A stretch of DNA of 63,074 bases, filler included, from Octopus bimaculoides (taxonomy: Eukaryota), in assembly GCF_001194135.2 (NCBI RefSeq). It is 7 parts of 7 records of this genome, joined end to end, with 100 filler letters (N's around TTAATTAATTAA, not from the genome) between each part and the next. Parts side by side here need not be neighbours in the genome. Positions count along the whole stretch, not along the records: positions 49,443 to 56,361 come from NC_068986.1; positions 56,462 to 63,074 come from NC_068996.1; 5 more parts are not named here. One strand, given 5' to 3'. Positions 50,481 to 63,074 of the stretch are shown piece after piece; within the stretch, counting starts at the first letter, position 1, and each line of letters opens with the position of its first letter. The notes beneath the pieces are model-generated. The model was not told where the DNA came from, made no database searches, and saw only the letters and a program-made list of their open reading frames with translations. The translations under genes and the position numbers were made by a program.

Positions 50481-52279
50481 CGGACACTTAAAAAAAACAT
50501 TCATACATAGTACTGATTTGGAAAATACACACACAGACACTCAAACACACACACACAAACACACACACATACACACAGCTGGAGACACTCGAAAGAAAAC
50601 ATTGCAAAATACACACACATATATACACAGCAGGAGACAATCAAAAGAAAACTTCGCAGTTCAAACCCACACACACCAAAAAGGAAAACCTTAATTCCTT
50701 AATAGAATTCTTAATAAGACATTTATCACAAGATACATACCCATTAATACACAGCTGGTCACATTCCAAACATTGAAAGGACATTCAACACAATATATCC
50801 GTTTAAAAAATGTTCACGCTAAATTGCATATACATTTAGCAATACATACACATACTAAACAATCTATAATATACGTATATACACTAAACATACAGACATA
50901 TATAGACAAAACATACGTACGCGCACACACGTACGCGCACAAAACCTCCTGGCGTATGCTTATCCAAGTTATGCTTATCCACACACACACACAAACACAC
51001 ACACACACACACTCACACACACACATACACACACAAACACTCACATACACACACACACACACACACACTCACATACACAAATGGACTTAAAACGCATTCA
51101 ATAAATGCTTTTAAGCCACTCCCTTGGCAGGAACTCAGAGATTGTTTTAGACAATAGACAATCATACCCCCTCTCTTTCTCTCTAACACCTTTAACTCTA
51201 TACCAAATTATTTACAAACAGACTATATTGAAAGTAAACTTTACGGAAAAACTCCAGACATGTTCTAACTACCAAACAGAAGATAAATACAAAGTATTTT
51301 TACTTCAAATTCCAAATTTTCATTAATATTTGATAAGATGAAATTAATCATCGAAACAGACAGTATTTTATAACTTCCAGATATAAAAAAAATGAATAAA
51401 TGAATAAAAAATTTTTATCATTTTATTCATTTCTTTCTAAATTAAAATGTCTTAAATTTACTTCTGTGCTGTTTCCACATCCATCTTTTATACATAAAAA
51501 TTTGACTTGTATGGATTTCTAATCTTTTCTTAACTATATATATTGCTCCAGCATGACTGCAACCGCATAGCTGAAACGAATAAAAGTTTATATACACATG
51601 CATACATATATATATAAATATATATACGTATATGTTTATATACATATATGTATACATATGTGTGTGTGTGTACATACAACACACACAGAAGGGGGGAGAA
51701 GCTTAATCGATTTCTATGACGTGTAAGTAACTGAGAGCACAAGACACACCACTCTGTCACAGAGTTAAGCCCTCAGCTGATGGCACTGATGGTACTCTGT
51801 AGAAAACAAAGAGACTCTGCTTTTGAAGATGGTTAATTTACATGCGGCGTGTTAAAAATAGTTTTGCTTTATACTTTTCGTGTGGATTCATTAAGATTAA
51901 GCATACTTTGCTTTAGAAGTGTATTAATTTGTACCTGTACCTGTATCATGATCTTCCTTTTCTTTGCTTAATTTTCATCTTAATAAGCACTATACTGTAT
52001 ACCTTGTACAGAATAATATATTTTAAGAATTTTGAATGGATTAATAAATATTAAACAGACTCTACTTTAGAAGTGTATTAATTCTAATCCGTTAATTACG
52101 ATTTAATTTTGTTTTGTTTTGTTTTTTTACTTTGCATGTATATTTAAACTGTCTCCAGAAAACCATAATATCCAGAAATCTTGGTCACTTTCGATCCCAG
52201 ACTTTCCAGATAATTGGTACGGTACGCGCTAGAAGATACTTAAGTGATTGACAGGGAGAGTAGCTTCTCCTGAATCTGT

Positions 52280-52530
52280 GATAAACAAATCGCATCCCAT
52301 CTCGAAGGATATGCCTCTGCTATTCAAGAACAGGAGATAGCAAATAAATACCTGATGAATAAAAGAGATAAATATGCCTTCAAACCTCTTCGTTGTGATA
52401 GGAAATATCGATTTTTCTATACCAATGTGGAAGATATCACACACATCAGCATGCCCAAAATATCCGCAAGATATTACCTTCCCATGATGATATTATTGCC
52501 AAAACTGTTTGTAATGCTACTCGCAGTAAG
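52280..52530 (+). mobile_element. Degraded R4/Dong-like LINE fragment (AIQEQ and zinc-knuckle region)
   Basis: EGYASAIQEQEIANKYL...CDRKYRF...VEDITHI (frameshift) SACPK...(frameshift) HDDIIAK, matching the EG.I.AIQEQ...CRLC...ETI.HI.S.CP...RHD pattern of restriction-like-endonuclease LINEs. Confidence 0.7.
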
Positions 52531-54037
52531 GTTTGGCTTGATGGTCATACCAAAGGCATACTATATCTAGAATGTAGTGACACCTTTAAAATAAGGAACA
52601 CTGGTGAAACATTTCGTTAAAAAAAGCAGCAATCCAATACAAACCTAACAGATCTGATGCTCTTTTGATCATTTTTATATTGGTCAGCAGATGTTAATGT
52701 ATTGTCTAAAGTTATAGTAAAAGACAATGTCGATGATGAACAAACACAGAAATTGTAACTCTTATACTTGGTCATAGATTTTCATTTGTACCTGTTATCA
52801 CAGCTGTCCTGGTTGTGAAACAATTTATATAGCAGCCTAGAAACGCCGAGGATTTCCTAGAAAGAACAAAACAAACTGACATGCATCTTATACATCCAGT
52901 GGACTTGTGTACAGTGGAGTTTTGTAAGCAAAGACTAGCTAATTGACTCTCTTTGGATAATCATATGCACACAATCATATAGCACACACATAGGTACACA
53001 GGTATACATACGTGTATGCATAAATACAAGAGGAAGAGGACATCTACTGACCATTGATAAGGAGCTTAGAAATCCAGTACCGAAGATGTACTTTCAGTTT
53101 CATACCTATTATTAGTGGAGCAACAGTTTGCATACCAACCCGTCTGGAGTTAAGTATTCTTTGAAATTGGGATCTTGTGTGGGGTAGGCAAGCAAATCCT
53201 TAATTTATACACTACAAATAATCACGATATCTGGGACGATAAAAATCTGTAAGACTTTCTTAAGATGTTAAGGATGATGGTTAAAACAAGACACTTGCCT
53301 TCACAACCTTACTATCAAGCAAGTGGCCGGTCAAAATTTACTCTAAACTAAAAAGAGAAAGAGCAGACCATACATACATACATACATACATACATACATA
53401 CATAATGGCTGCTTCCTCGTTCTCGAGTGTAGCCATTGCTTGTGCCAAGCGATACTTGTGTATGATGCTTTAACCTCGAGATGGATTCCACAAGTTTAAA
53501 GTTGTCTTTTCTTCTTACGAAGTAAATAAAATGAAGTGTTAATAAAATACTGGAATTACTTTAGTATTCCTGTGAAGCATTCTAGATGTGTGAAGGCGCG
53601 TGGCTTAGTGGTTAGGGTGTTGGGTTCATGATTGTAAGCTTGTGATTTTGATTATTGGACTAGGCGATGCGTTGTGTTCTTGAGCAAAGCACTTCACTTC
53701 ACGTTGCTTCGTCCCATTCTGCTAGCAAGAACGAGTAATCCTGCAACGGACCGGCGCTTCCCGGTGGGGAATATATACACTACGGAAACCGACCCTATGA
53801 GACCATGCTTTTATGGTTCATTTCTTAAGTATGTGTCGCAACGGTATCCGATTCTGTTGAGCGAATCAACAACATCACGATGATGAGAGATCGTATTGAG
53901 TCCTGACCGCGAAACAGGTTTTTCTTTAAAATTTGTTCCTCCGCCTGTAACGAATGTAAGAAATCCATTGAGGATCGTTCTAGAGAGGTTTAATAACTTC
54001 TTAAAGAGGGACTCAATACTTTCTGAGTGATTCTTAA

Positions 54038-54269
54038 GGCGGCGAGCTGGCAGAAACGTTAGCACGCTGGGCGAAATGCTTAACAGTATTTCGTCTGCCG
54101 TTACGTTCTGAGTTCAAATTCCGCCGAGGTCGACTTTGCCTTTCATCCTTTCGAGGTCGATAAATTAAGTACCAGTTACGCACTGGGGTCGATGTAATTG
54201 ACTTAATCCCTTTGTCTGTCCTTGTTTGTCCCCTCTATGTTTAGCCCCTTGTGGGCAATAAAGAAATAA
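54038..54269 (+). mobile_element. SINE family A, full-length, tRNA-like head
   Basis: ggcggcgagctggcagaa...gagttcaaattcc (B-box-like)...aataaagaaataa. Further copies lie at about 6311-6480(+), 8005-8210(+), 25950-26148(-), 28122-28290(-), 40820-41040(+), 47441-47560(-), 48075-48245(+), 54345-54520(-), 54934-55135(+) and 56462-56790(+, two tandem). Confidence 0.92.
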
Positions 54270-55160
54270 GGAAACCGACCCTATGAGTCGAGAAGGAGAT
54301 TTATCCTTTTTTATCCATTCCAGATATGAATTATTATACTTTCTAAATTTGGCACAGAGCCAGCAATTTTCAAAGGAGGCCGAAGTCGATCACATCAACC
54401 CCAGCACCCAACTGGTACTTGTTTTATCGGTCCCGAAAGAATGAAAGTCATGATCGATCCCGGTGGACTCGGAACGCAAAGCCAGGAGAAAAGCTGCTAA
54501 GCATTATGTCCAGCGTGCAAACGATGGTGTCGGACAAGATGCTTAGCTGTGTTTAATTATGACTCTTTACGGTCCTATCCCGCTGAGATAAACTTGGTCT
54601 TTCAATTTGTTGGGATCGATAAAGTGCCAGTCGTTTTATAACAATATAGCTTCAGAATATCCTAGATGTAATGGAGTTTAAAATAGAAGTCAAGAATATT
54701 TTATTACATTGGTTAAGACTTATTCTATATAGAAATCCATCCATCCTTAACTCTTTAACTGCGAAATTAAATTTCATGATTACTCCAGTTATGATGTTAA
54801 ATATCTGCCAAAAATAGAAATGGCATTTACTGCAAGTCACATTGTCTGAATAAACTTGACAGCTCTCAACAAGAAATAGTTTCAAATATTGCATTCCTCA
54901 ACAAAAGATATATTGGTATATAAAGCTGCTTAAGGCGGCGAGCTGGCAGAAGCGTTAGCACGCCGGGTGAAATGCTTAGCGGCATTTCGTCTGTCTTTAC
55001 GTTCTGAGTTCAAATTCTGCCGAGGTCGCCTTTGCCTTTCATCCTTTCGGGATCGATATATTAAGTACCAGCTGTGTACTGGGTTCGATCTAATCGACTG
55101 GCTCCTCCCCAAACATTTCGAGCCCTGTGCCTAGAGCAGAAAAGAATATATATAAATATG

Positions 55161-55545
55161 GGGCGCAGGCGTGGTTGTGTGGTAAGGAAGCTTGCTTCCC
55201 AACCACATGGTATTAGGTTCAGTCCCACTGCGTGGCACCTTGGACAAGTGTCTTCTACTATAGCCTCAGGCCGATCAAAACTTTGTGAGTGCATTTGGTA
55301 GAGGGAAACTGAAATAAGCCCGTTGTATGTGTGTGTGCGCGCGCGTGTTTGTCCCCTCCCCTGCCATCGCTTGACAACCGATGCTGGTGTGTTTATGCCC
55401 CCTGTAAATTAGCGGTTCATCAAAAGATAGCGATAGAATACATACTAGGCTTACAAAGAATAAGTTGATTTCTTCGGCTAAAACCCTTTTGGGTGGTGCT
55501 GCAGCATGGCCGCAGTCAAATGACTGAAAGAAGTAAAAGAATAAA
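55161..55545 (+). mobile_element. SINE family B
   Basis: ggggcgcaggcgtggttgtgtggtaag...aagaagtaaaagaataaaag. A similar copy lies at about 43287-43620. Confidence 0.85.
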
Positions 55546-56084
55546 AGAATAGATGCAGACATGACAGCAGGGTTAAGAAACTCACTTTGCAACCACGTGA
55601 TTTCAAGTTCAGTCTCACGGTTCGCACTTTGGGCAAGTATCTAGTTATAGCTCTGGGCCGACCAATGTGAATTTGATAGACGGAAACTGTATGGAAGTCT
55701 GCCATGTGCGAGTGTATACACACATACATACATATGAAACAGGGAGAAGTAAAACCGTCGACAACTGATGAGGAGTTATCCTCTTTTGGTATTTTGTCCT
55801 GTACTTATCTCTCGTGTGTTTACATATTTTTCACTCGTTGGTGATGTCCTGTACTTTAAGTGTATTATTCATTTATTTTTTATTTATTTATTTATACATA
55901 CATACATACATACATACACAATGGCACCGTCAACATCGGACGTGCAGGTGTAGACGACCGTTTAAAAAGGCCGTTTTGAACGCCTTCCTCTTGAAATATA
56001 CCGACTTCTCCAGCCTAAATCGGTAACTGGTTTATTTCTTGAATAGTTAATAAGAGAAACACCTTTTTACTCACCAACGTAGCG

Positions 56085-56361
56085 TTATCCTTTCTCTAGT
56101 TCCTTTTGTGTTGATCTACGCCACGAGTTCTTAGGCCTACCCCTCTTTCTATATCCATCCGGATTCCACTGTAAAGCACTTTTCTCTACATTTGGTGTGT
56201 CTTTTCTAATTGTGCTACCAATCCACTTCCACTTTTTCTTAAATATTTGCTCCCTAATCGAAACTTGATTCGTTCTTTGCCATAGCTTCATATTGCTTAT
56301 GTGTTCGGGCCATCTGATTTTAAGTCTGCTATGTAAGCATCTGTTGATGAATGATTGTATT
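56085..56361 (-). mobile_element. RTE-clade LINE ORF C-terminal fragment
   Basis: IQSFINRCL...IRWPEHISN...KKKWKWIG...ALQWNPDGYRKRGRPKNSWRR. It starts at the spacer at 56362. Confidence 0.88.
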
Positions 56362-56461
56362 NNNNNNNNNNNNNNNNNNNNNNNNNNNNNNNNNNNNNNN
56401 NNNNNTTAATTAATTAANNNNNNNNNNNNNNNNNNNNNNNNNNNNNNNNNNNNNNNNNNNN
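56362..56461. other. Artificial 100-bp scaffold spacer
   Basis: 44 N + TTAATTAATTAA + 44 N. A LINE is cut on the left and a SINE on the right. Confidence 0.95.
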
Positions 56462-58275
56462 TTGACTTTGCCTTTCATCCTTTCGGGGTCGATAAATTAA
56501 GTACCAGTTACGCACTGGGGTCGATGTAATCGACTTAATCCCTTTGTCTGTCCTTGTTTGTCCCCTCTATGTTTAGCCCCTTGTGGACAATAAAGAAATA
56601 AGAAACGTTAGCACGCCGGGCAAAATGCATGGATGTATTTCGTCTGTCTTTATGTTCTGAGTTTCAATTCCCACGACCTTGCCTTTCATCCTTTGGGGGT
56701 CGATAAATTAAGTACCAGTTGCGTACTGGGGTCGATCTAATTGACTGGCCCTGTCCCCCAAAATTTCGGGGGAAAGGGCCTAGAGTAGAAAAGAATATCG
56801 TAGAAACAACATATTTTACTTTAGTTTTCTGCTTGTACTCTATGAAAAACCGTAACTGCGGATTCATTACAGGCGAAACAAATACAATTACACGGAGCTC
56901 GAAATACTGGTTATATATATCGCAATTTAAGGTTGAAATTGTACTAGAGGAATACACGCCCAAAAATACTTCTTACCCACTCGTATATATACGCACACGT
57001 TGTTAACGTCATAAAAAACATATACACACATATATACATATATATGTACGTAAAGATAGTTGGACAGATAGATAAATAGATAGGTAACAGATAGATTGGT
57101 AGATAGACTGACAGACAGAAAGATAGATGTGCATACACACGCACACACGCACACATACACACACACACACACACACGCACGCACACATATCCTGTGTGTG
57201 TGCGTGATTGTTTCTGTACTGGACTACTTAAACCAAAACAAACTGTTTCAAATTCCCTTAGGATATTGAACACCACGCCATCGCAAACAAATTCTCCTCT
57301 AGAAAACCATTTCAAAATATTATCATTGTACACCTTTCCAGAGCAAAAAAAAATCTTTTCTATACGAAAACAAACCATATCACACAAAACAACAGGAAAA
57401 TAAAAATAAAGACTATTTTATCGTAATTACCTATTCTATTCGATTAAGGATAACGGCAGGATTGATGTGCATATGAAAGGTCAGCTAATTCAATTATATG
57501 TCAGACTCTGCTGCCGCGCCGTCTTGGTGATATCTTTGCCGTATGTATGGTCGGTCTCCCTACACTCCTTTATAAACGTTTTACAAACTTCCCTGGTGCT
57601 CAACACATTTTCCTTATCTCTTGTAAGCAAAGCTATTTTCTTTTCTCTTATTTTTTTTCCTTTAATTTCAATGCTATATGGTACCTAGAATACACTCCAC
57701 TCGCTATCTGTCAATTTAACGCCATTTAAGCACTTCTAAATCCAAGCAAGATATAAAGAACACTTAACGCCTTTTAAATGCCATAAGTACATGCAGCCCA
57801 GGTGACCCCTTTCTTCTCTAATTGAGCTTCGTATAGATAAACGAATGCTTGCCTTAATCTAACACTTCAGATTTTAAGCTGGCTCTACTCTACTCTCAAT
57901 TAACAACCTATGTTCAGATCGACAAACTCATACATCAAATAAAGAGCTGGGGGGTTTTTTCTCCTATTTTTCAAGGTTAAATCTGACTTTTGTTTGAGTT
58001 TGGGTATTTAGATTAGAAGATATTTCTACGCTCTAGCTCATTTCTTCAATTTGTTGTTGAAATAAGATATTTTTAAAACCCACGGTTATAAGTCGCTTTG
58101 AGATTTATATCGGGATAAATCTAGGCTATTATTCCTGGTCAGAAAATGATCGAGCATCACAAAATCATCATTATTTTCGGGAACTATAAGTTCAAGTTTT
58201 TTGTTAGCAAAACAAGTCAATTGTTGAACTGAAAGTCTAGGAATATTATTGCTGTTTTAGCTGTGATTGTTCTAT

Positions 58276-58665
58276 TGTTGTTGTTGGCACTCCGTCGCTT
58301 ACGACGTCGAGGGTTCCAGTTGATCCGATCAACGGAACAGCCTGCTTGTGAAGTTAACGTGCAAGTGGCTGAGCACTCCACAGACACGTGTGCCCTTAAC
58401 GTAGTTCTCGGTGATATTCAGCTTGACACAAAGTGTGACATGGCTGACCCTTTGAATTACAGGCACAACAGAAACAGGAAGTAAGAGTAAGAGAAAGTTG
58501 TGGTGAAAGAGTACAGCAGGGTTCACCAAAATCCCCTGCCGGAGCCTCGTGGAGCGTTAGGTGTTTTCGCTCAATAAACACTCACAACGCTCGGTCTGGG
58601 AATCGACACCACGATCCTATGACCGCAAGTCTGCTGCCCTAACCACTGGGCCATTGCGCCTCCAC
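58276..58665 (-). mobile_element. SINE family C with a 9-bp TSD
   Basis: Near-identical to 44833-45202. TSD ttgttctat at 58267-58275 and 58668-58676. A truncated copy lies at 35478-35550. Confidence 0.92.
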
Positions 58666-60364
58666 GGTTGTTCTATAGGCCTAGATCAACCTTGTTCGAG
58701 TAGATCAATTTTCAGTGACTTTGCCGCCGAAAAAAATATCTCCTTTTTTTCAGATATGCTAAATCAAAGACTACATGAACCAAAGTGTCCTTCATAAGTT
58801 AAGGGGATGGGGCGTGTAGTTTAAGTGGAATCAGGATACTATATTAAACAAGACATTTTTACTCTTTTATTTTTACTTCTATTTTACTCTTTTATTTTTG
58901 CTTCAGTTATATAACTGCGGCCATGTTGGGGCACCACCTTTAGTCGAACACATCGACCACAGGGTTTATTCTTTGTAAGCCTAGTAATTATTTTATCTGC
59001 CTTTTTTGGCCGAACCGCTGAGTTACGGGAAACATGAACACGCCAACATCGATTATCAAGTCATGGCGTAGGAGTGACAAACACAGACGCAAAAATACAC
59101 ACACATACACACACGCACAAACACACGCACATACGCAAANNNNNNNNNNNNNNNNNNNNNNNNNNNNNNNNNNNNNNNNNNNNNNNNNNNNNNNNNNNNN
59201 NNNNNNNNNNNNNNNNNNNNNNNNNNNNNNNNNNNNNNNNNNNNNNNNNNNNNNNNNNNNNNNNNNNNNNNNNNNNNNNNNNNNNNNNNNNNNNNNNNNN
59301 NNNNNNNNNNNNNNNNNNNNNNNNNNNNNNNNNNNNNNNNNNNNNNNNNNNNNNNNNNNNNNNNNNNNNNNNNNNNNNNNNNNNNNNNNNNNNNNNNNNN
59401 NNNNNNNNNNNNNNNNNNNNNNNNNNNNNNNNNNNNNNNNNNNNNNNNNNNNNNNNNNNNNNNNNNNNNNNNNNNNNNNNNNNNNNNNNNNNNNNNNNNN
59501 NNNNNNNNNNNNNNNNNNNNNNNNNNNNNNNNNNNNNNNNNNNNNNNNNNNNNNNNNNNNNNNNNNNNNNNNNNNNNNNNNNNNNNNNNNNNNNNNNNNN
59601 NNNNNNNNNNNNNNNNNNNNNNNNNNNNNNNNNNNNNNNNNNNNNNNNNNNNNNNNNNNNNNNNNNNNNNNNNNNNNNNNNNNNNNNNNNNNNNNNNNNN
59701 NNNNNNNNNNNNNNNNNNNNNNNNNNNNNNNNNNNNNNNNNNNNNNNNNNNNNNNNNNNNNNNNNNNNNNNNNNNNNNNNNNNNNNNNNNNNNNNNNNNN
59801 NNNNNNNNNNNNNNNNNNNNNNNNNNNNNNNNNNNNNNNNNNNNNNNNNNNNNNNNNNNNNNNNNNNNNNNNNNNNNNNNNNNNNNNNNNNNNNNNNNNN
59901 NNNNNNNNNNNNNNNNNNNNNNNNNNNNNNNNNNNNNNNNNNNNNNNNNNNNNNNNNNNNNNNNNNNNNNNNNNNNNNNNNNNNNNNNNNNNNNNNNNNN
60001 NNNNNNNNNNNNNNNNNNNNNNNNNNNNNNNNNNNNNNNNNNNNNNNNNNNNNNNNNNNNNNNNNNNNNNNNNNNNNNNNNNNNNNNNNNNNNNNNNNNN
60101 NNNNNNNNNNNNNNNNNTATATTTATTTATTTATTTATATTTATATAGATAGATAAAACAAAAAAAAATAGCTAGCTAGATAGACAGACAGACAGACATA
60201 TAAATAGATAGATAGATAGATAATTGGTGTAACAAATATATTTAAGTTGTGTTGCTTTATTTCATCGTGTTATGGGCGCAGACCATTATATCGGGTTTAA
60301 AAAATGCTTTGGAATGACGTGGTTCAACTCAGTCAAAGAAAAGCGCTCAGTCAAAGAAAAGCTC

Positions 60365-60575
60365 AGTCAAAGAAAAGCGCTCCTTAAGACATCCAGAGAC
60401 TCCTCAAGAATGACTGCATCATCAGGAAAATCAAGGTCTGTCTGTAATCGTAGTTTCACCAATGAGTGCGCTACAATTCGATTGAGCCACCATTTGGCCG
60501 AGTATCCAATCAATTCAGGCATTGAAAAGAGTGGGAACTAAAACAGTCCTAACGGACGCCAGATCTACCTGGGAA
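60365..60575 (-). mobile_element. Degraded RTE-like RT fragment (catalytic region)
   Basis: With frameshifts and stops it reads SGVR*(G)C-VLVPTLFNA*IDWILG...DLDFPDDAVILEESLDVL, i.e. the GVRQGC and (F/Y)ADD regions. It includes a short local tandem duplication (ctcagtcaaagaaaagc x3). Confidence 0.7.
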
Positions 60576-61026
60576 AAAGTTAGATGTTAAGCTTACAATC
60601 CGAACATTCAATGGGACTGAAACCAGAACCATGTGCTTGGGATGCAAGCTTCTTACCATACAGCTTCACCTGCACCTAAAAGCATAACGATTTTTTTTTG
60701 TTTTTTGCGTATCTAAACATTTTCGTTGCCCTGTTTATTGAGGGCACAATTATTACAGAAGAGCAAAATTGATATTAGGATCAGATATCGGAATCGTTAT
60801 TTATTGAAATTTTCACTGAAAAAATAATTCACTTTCGTAAGTAGTCGCCAAATCAATTTCAATGAAAAAAAGACAAAAAAAAAAAAAAATTATACTGAGA
60901 AAAAGAATAACTACATGTAAGTGTAAGCTTGGATCAATAAGCTTTGAAATCAGTACTGATATTGTAGAGCATCCATCCTTGCCTCCCACCTCTTTCTCTT
61001 TCTCCTTTCCTCTCTTTATTTCTCTT

Positions 61027-61125
<99 letters not shown>

Positions 61126-61849
61126 ATGTGTCTCTTTATTTCTATCACCATCATCACAATCACCACAAATCCTAAAACATATTTATGCCAAACTCATTTC
61201 GTCAATCTCTATATGATTGGTTTCCAAGGCTGCCCTCTGAAATCACATTCTATTGTCTTCAAAATAGAAAAAAAAATGTTTTAATGGAAATGAAAAAAAA
61301 AAAGAAAAGATGAATAAAATAATGGAATCCGAGATGCACAAAACCTCAATGAAAAGGACGAGTTGGTCACGGTTTGAATAGAAATGGCACTAAAATACAA
61401 CGTCAATAAAATCAAAGATAATACGTTGCAAGCGTAAAACGATTTCATATATTGTAAGGCTCCTCCTACATATCTGTTTTCATTTCTCTGCGTTTTAAAC
61501 GCTAACATCTTTAAGTACACTTGCACTTAATAACATGAACAATTATTGTATTTTATTATTTATTTATTTATTTATTTATTTTGCACAAATATTTTCTGTT
61601 TATGGAAATCCCGAATCAACAAGTATACATTTCATGCAATTGAAATGATACAGTTATAACTAGCTTCGTCATCATCATAGTAGATGTCATCATCATAGAC
61701 GTCATCATCTCCCGCTTCTCCTCTTATACCTCTTTCTCTACCTCTTCCTCCGCCTCCTCGTAATCATCATCATCATCATCCCCATATCTCTTTTCCTCCC
61801 TTTTCTTCCTTCTATTCTGCAATACATTATATGTGTGTGTGTGTGTGTA

Positions 61850-61881
<32 letters not shown>

Positions 61882-61903
61882 GGTGTGCGTGTGCGTGTAT
61901 AGG

Positions 61904-62334
61904 TTCGTCACATCACAGCGTTCAGTATCTCATCACGTTCAGCTTAACGGCCCTTAATGTTGTNNNNNNNNNNNNNNNNNNNNNNNNNNNNNNNNNNNNN
62001 NNNNNNNNNNNNNNNNNNNNNNNNNNNNNNNNNNNNNNNNNNNNNNNNNNNNNNNNNNNNNNNNNNNNNNNNNNNNNNNNNNNNNNNNNNNNNNNNNNNN
62101 NNNNNNNNNNAAAAAAAGTTCATTTTTTGTGCTTTGTTTATGTTCCCGTTACTTTTTTTACGTCCTGTACCCGGATATGCATCTATATATACATGTAGAT
62201 GTAGGTATGTACATATATGTATGTATACATGCATAAGCTCATATATCATTTGTATTATTATATTATCGAACGCTACACGTCCATTTACAAGTAGGTTTTA
62301 ACTTTATATTTCTGACGCGCACTCTATTTTCCTG

Positions 62335-62366
<32 letters not shown>

Positions 62367-62367
62367 C

Positions 62368-62401
<34 letters not shown>

Positions 62402-62453
62402 GTCTGTCTGTTTGAATGTTTGTCTGTCTTTCTATCTATCTATCTATCTATCC

Positions 62454-62497
<44 letters not shown>

Positions 62498-63074
62498 TTC
62501 TTTCTTTCTTTCTTCTTACCTATCTCTCCCTCTCGTTCTGCATCCTTCTGTTGTCCTGGCTTCTTCCCTTCACTGTTATACATATCCCTGTCTTACACTT
62601 CCTCCCTGTCTCTCGTCAGTCACATTTGTTCCACTACCTCCCTTTTCCTCTCTCTACCACTCCTCGTTGATCACGTGTGACCTGTGATCACCTCTCCCTT
62701 TCTCCCTTCAACCAGCATAAAGGCAAGACGAACTACTGTCTCGGTCTGCTCAGATTCGTCACATCACAGCGTTCAATATCCCATCGCGTTCGGCCTAAGG
62801 ACCTTTAATGTTGTTTTCACTGTTTAATTTTTCCTGTCTTGGTATTTGTTTGCTACTTTGGAACCCTCCGCTTAGCAGGTTAATCCACTTCGCAGGAAGA
62901 GCTATTCTAAGAGCGCGTTCTGCCTCGCCTTCGAAGCGCCTAGTTTACAATAGAGGCAGCTGATGAAGGAAAAGTTCCATAAGTGGCTTGTCTGTTTTCC
63001 TATGTGTTCATTCTGTTGTCCTTTAAAAAAGTCCATTTTTTGTGCTTTGATTATGTTCCCGTTCCTCTTTTGAC
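61904..63074 (+). mobile_element. Two direct copies of a Penelope-like terminal segment (about 61904-62180 and 62755-63074)
   Basis: Both copies share ttcgtcacatcacagcgttca...tttaatgttgt and aaaaaagtycattttttgtgctttg.ttatgttcccgtt. The second copy has a degenerate CTGATGA-A-GGAA/TTCC hammerhead-like motif near 62960. Confidence 0.45.

Overview
This is AT-rich eukaryotic genomic DNA, dense in microsatellites and gaps. The SINE families and repeat content point to a cephalopod, probably Octopus (my inference). Six identical 100-bp spacers (44 N + TTAATTAATTAA + 44 N) split the window into seven pieces, so adjacency across them is unproven. The one gene I can identify with confidence is a four-exon fragment on the minus strand (28851-24977) of an alpha-type nicotinic acetylcholine receptor-like (Cys-loop) subunit. 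It runs from the N-terminal helix to the start of M2, and all splice phases are consistent. It keeps loop A, the Cys-loop and the loop C vicinal cysteines, but the loop B Trp is Met and the loop D Trp is Tyr. A second, unidentified plus-strand gene appears as four phase-2 symmetric exons (29410-35323) encoding a low-complexity basic/Ser-rich region. The rest is mostly tRNA-headed SINEs (some with clear target-site duplications), LINE remnants (RTE, CR1-like, R4/Dong-like), Penelope-like remnants, MITE-like hairpins and minisatellites. The most notable non-genic items are a hammerhead-ribozyme core with all conserved bases intact (22125-22165) inside a long inverted repeat, a SINE insertion that seems to have carried about 236 bp of unique sequence, and several weak exon candidates (CaaX-ending, C1q/TNF-like, in-frame UGA). 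No database searches or folding programs were run, so all homology calls are motif recognition by eye.
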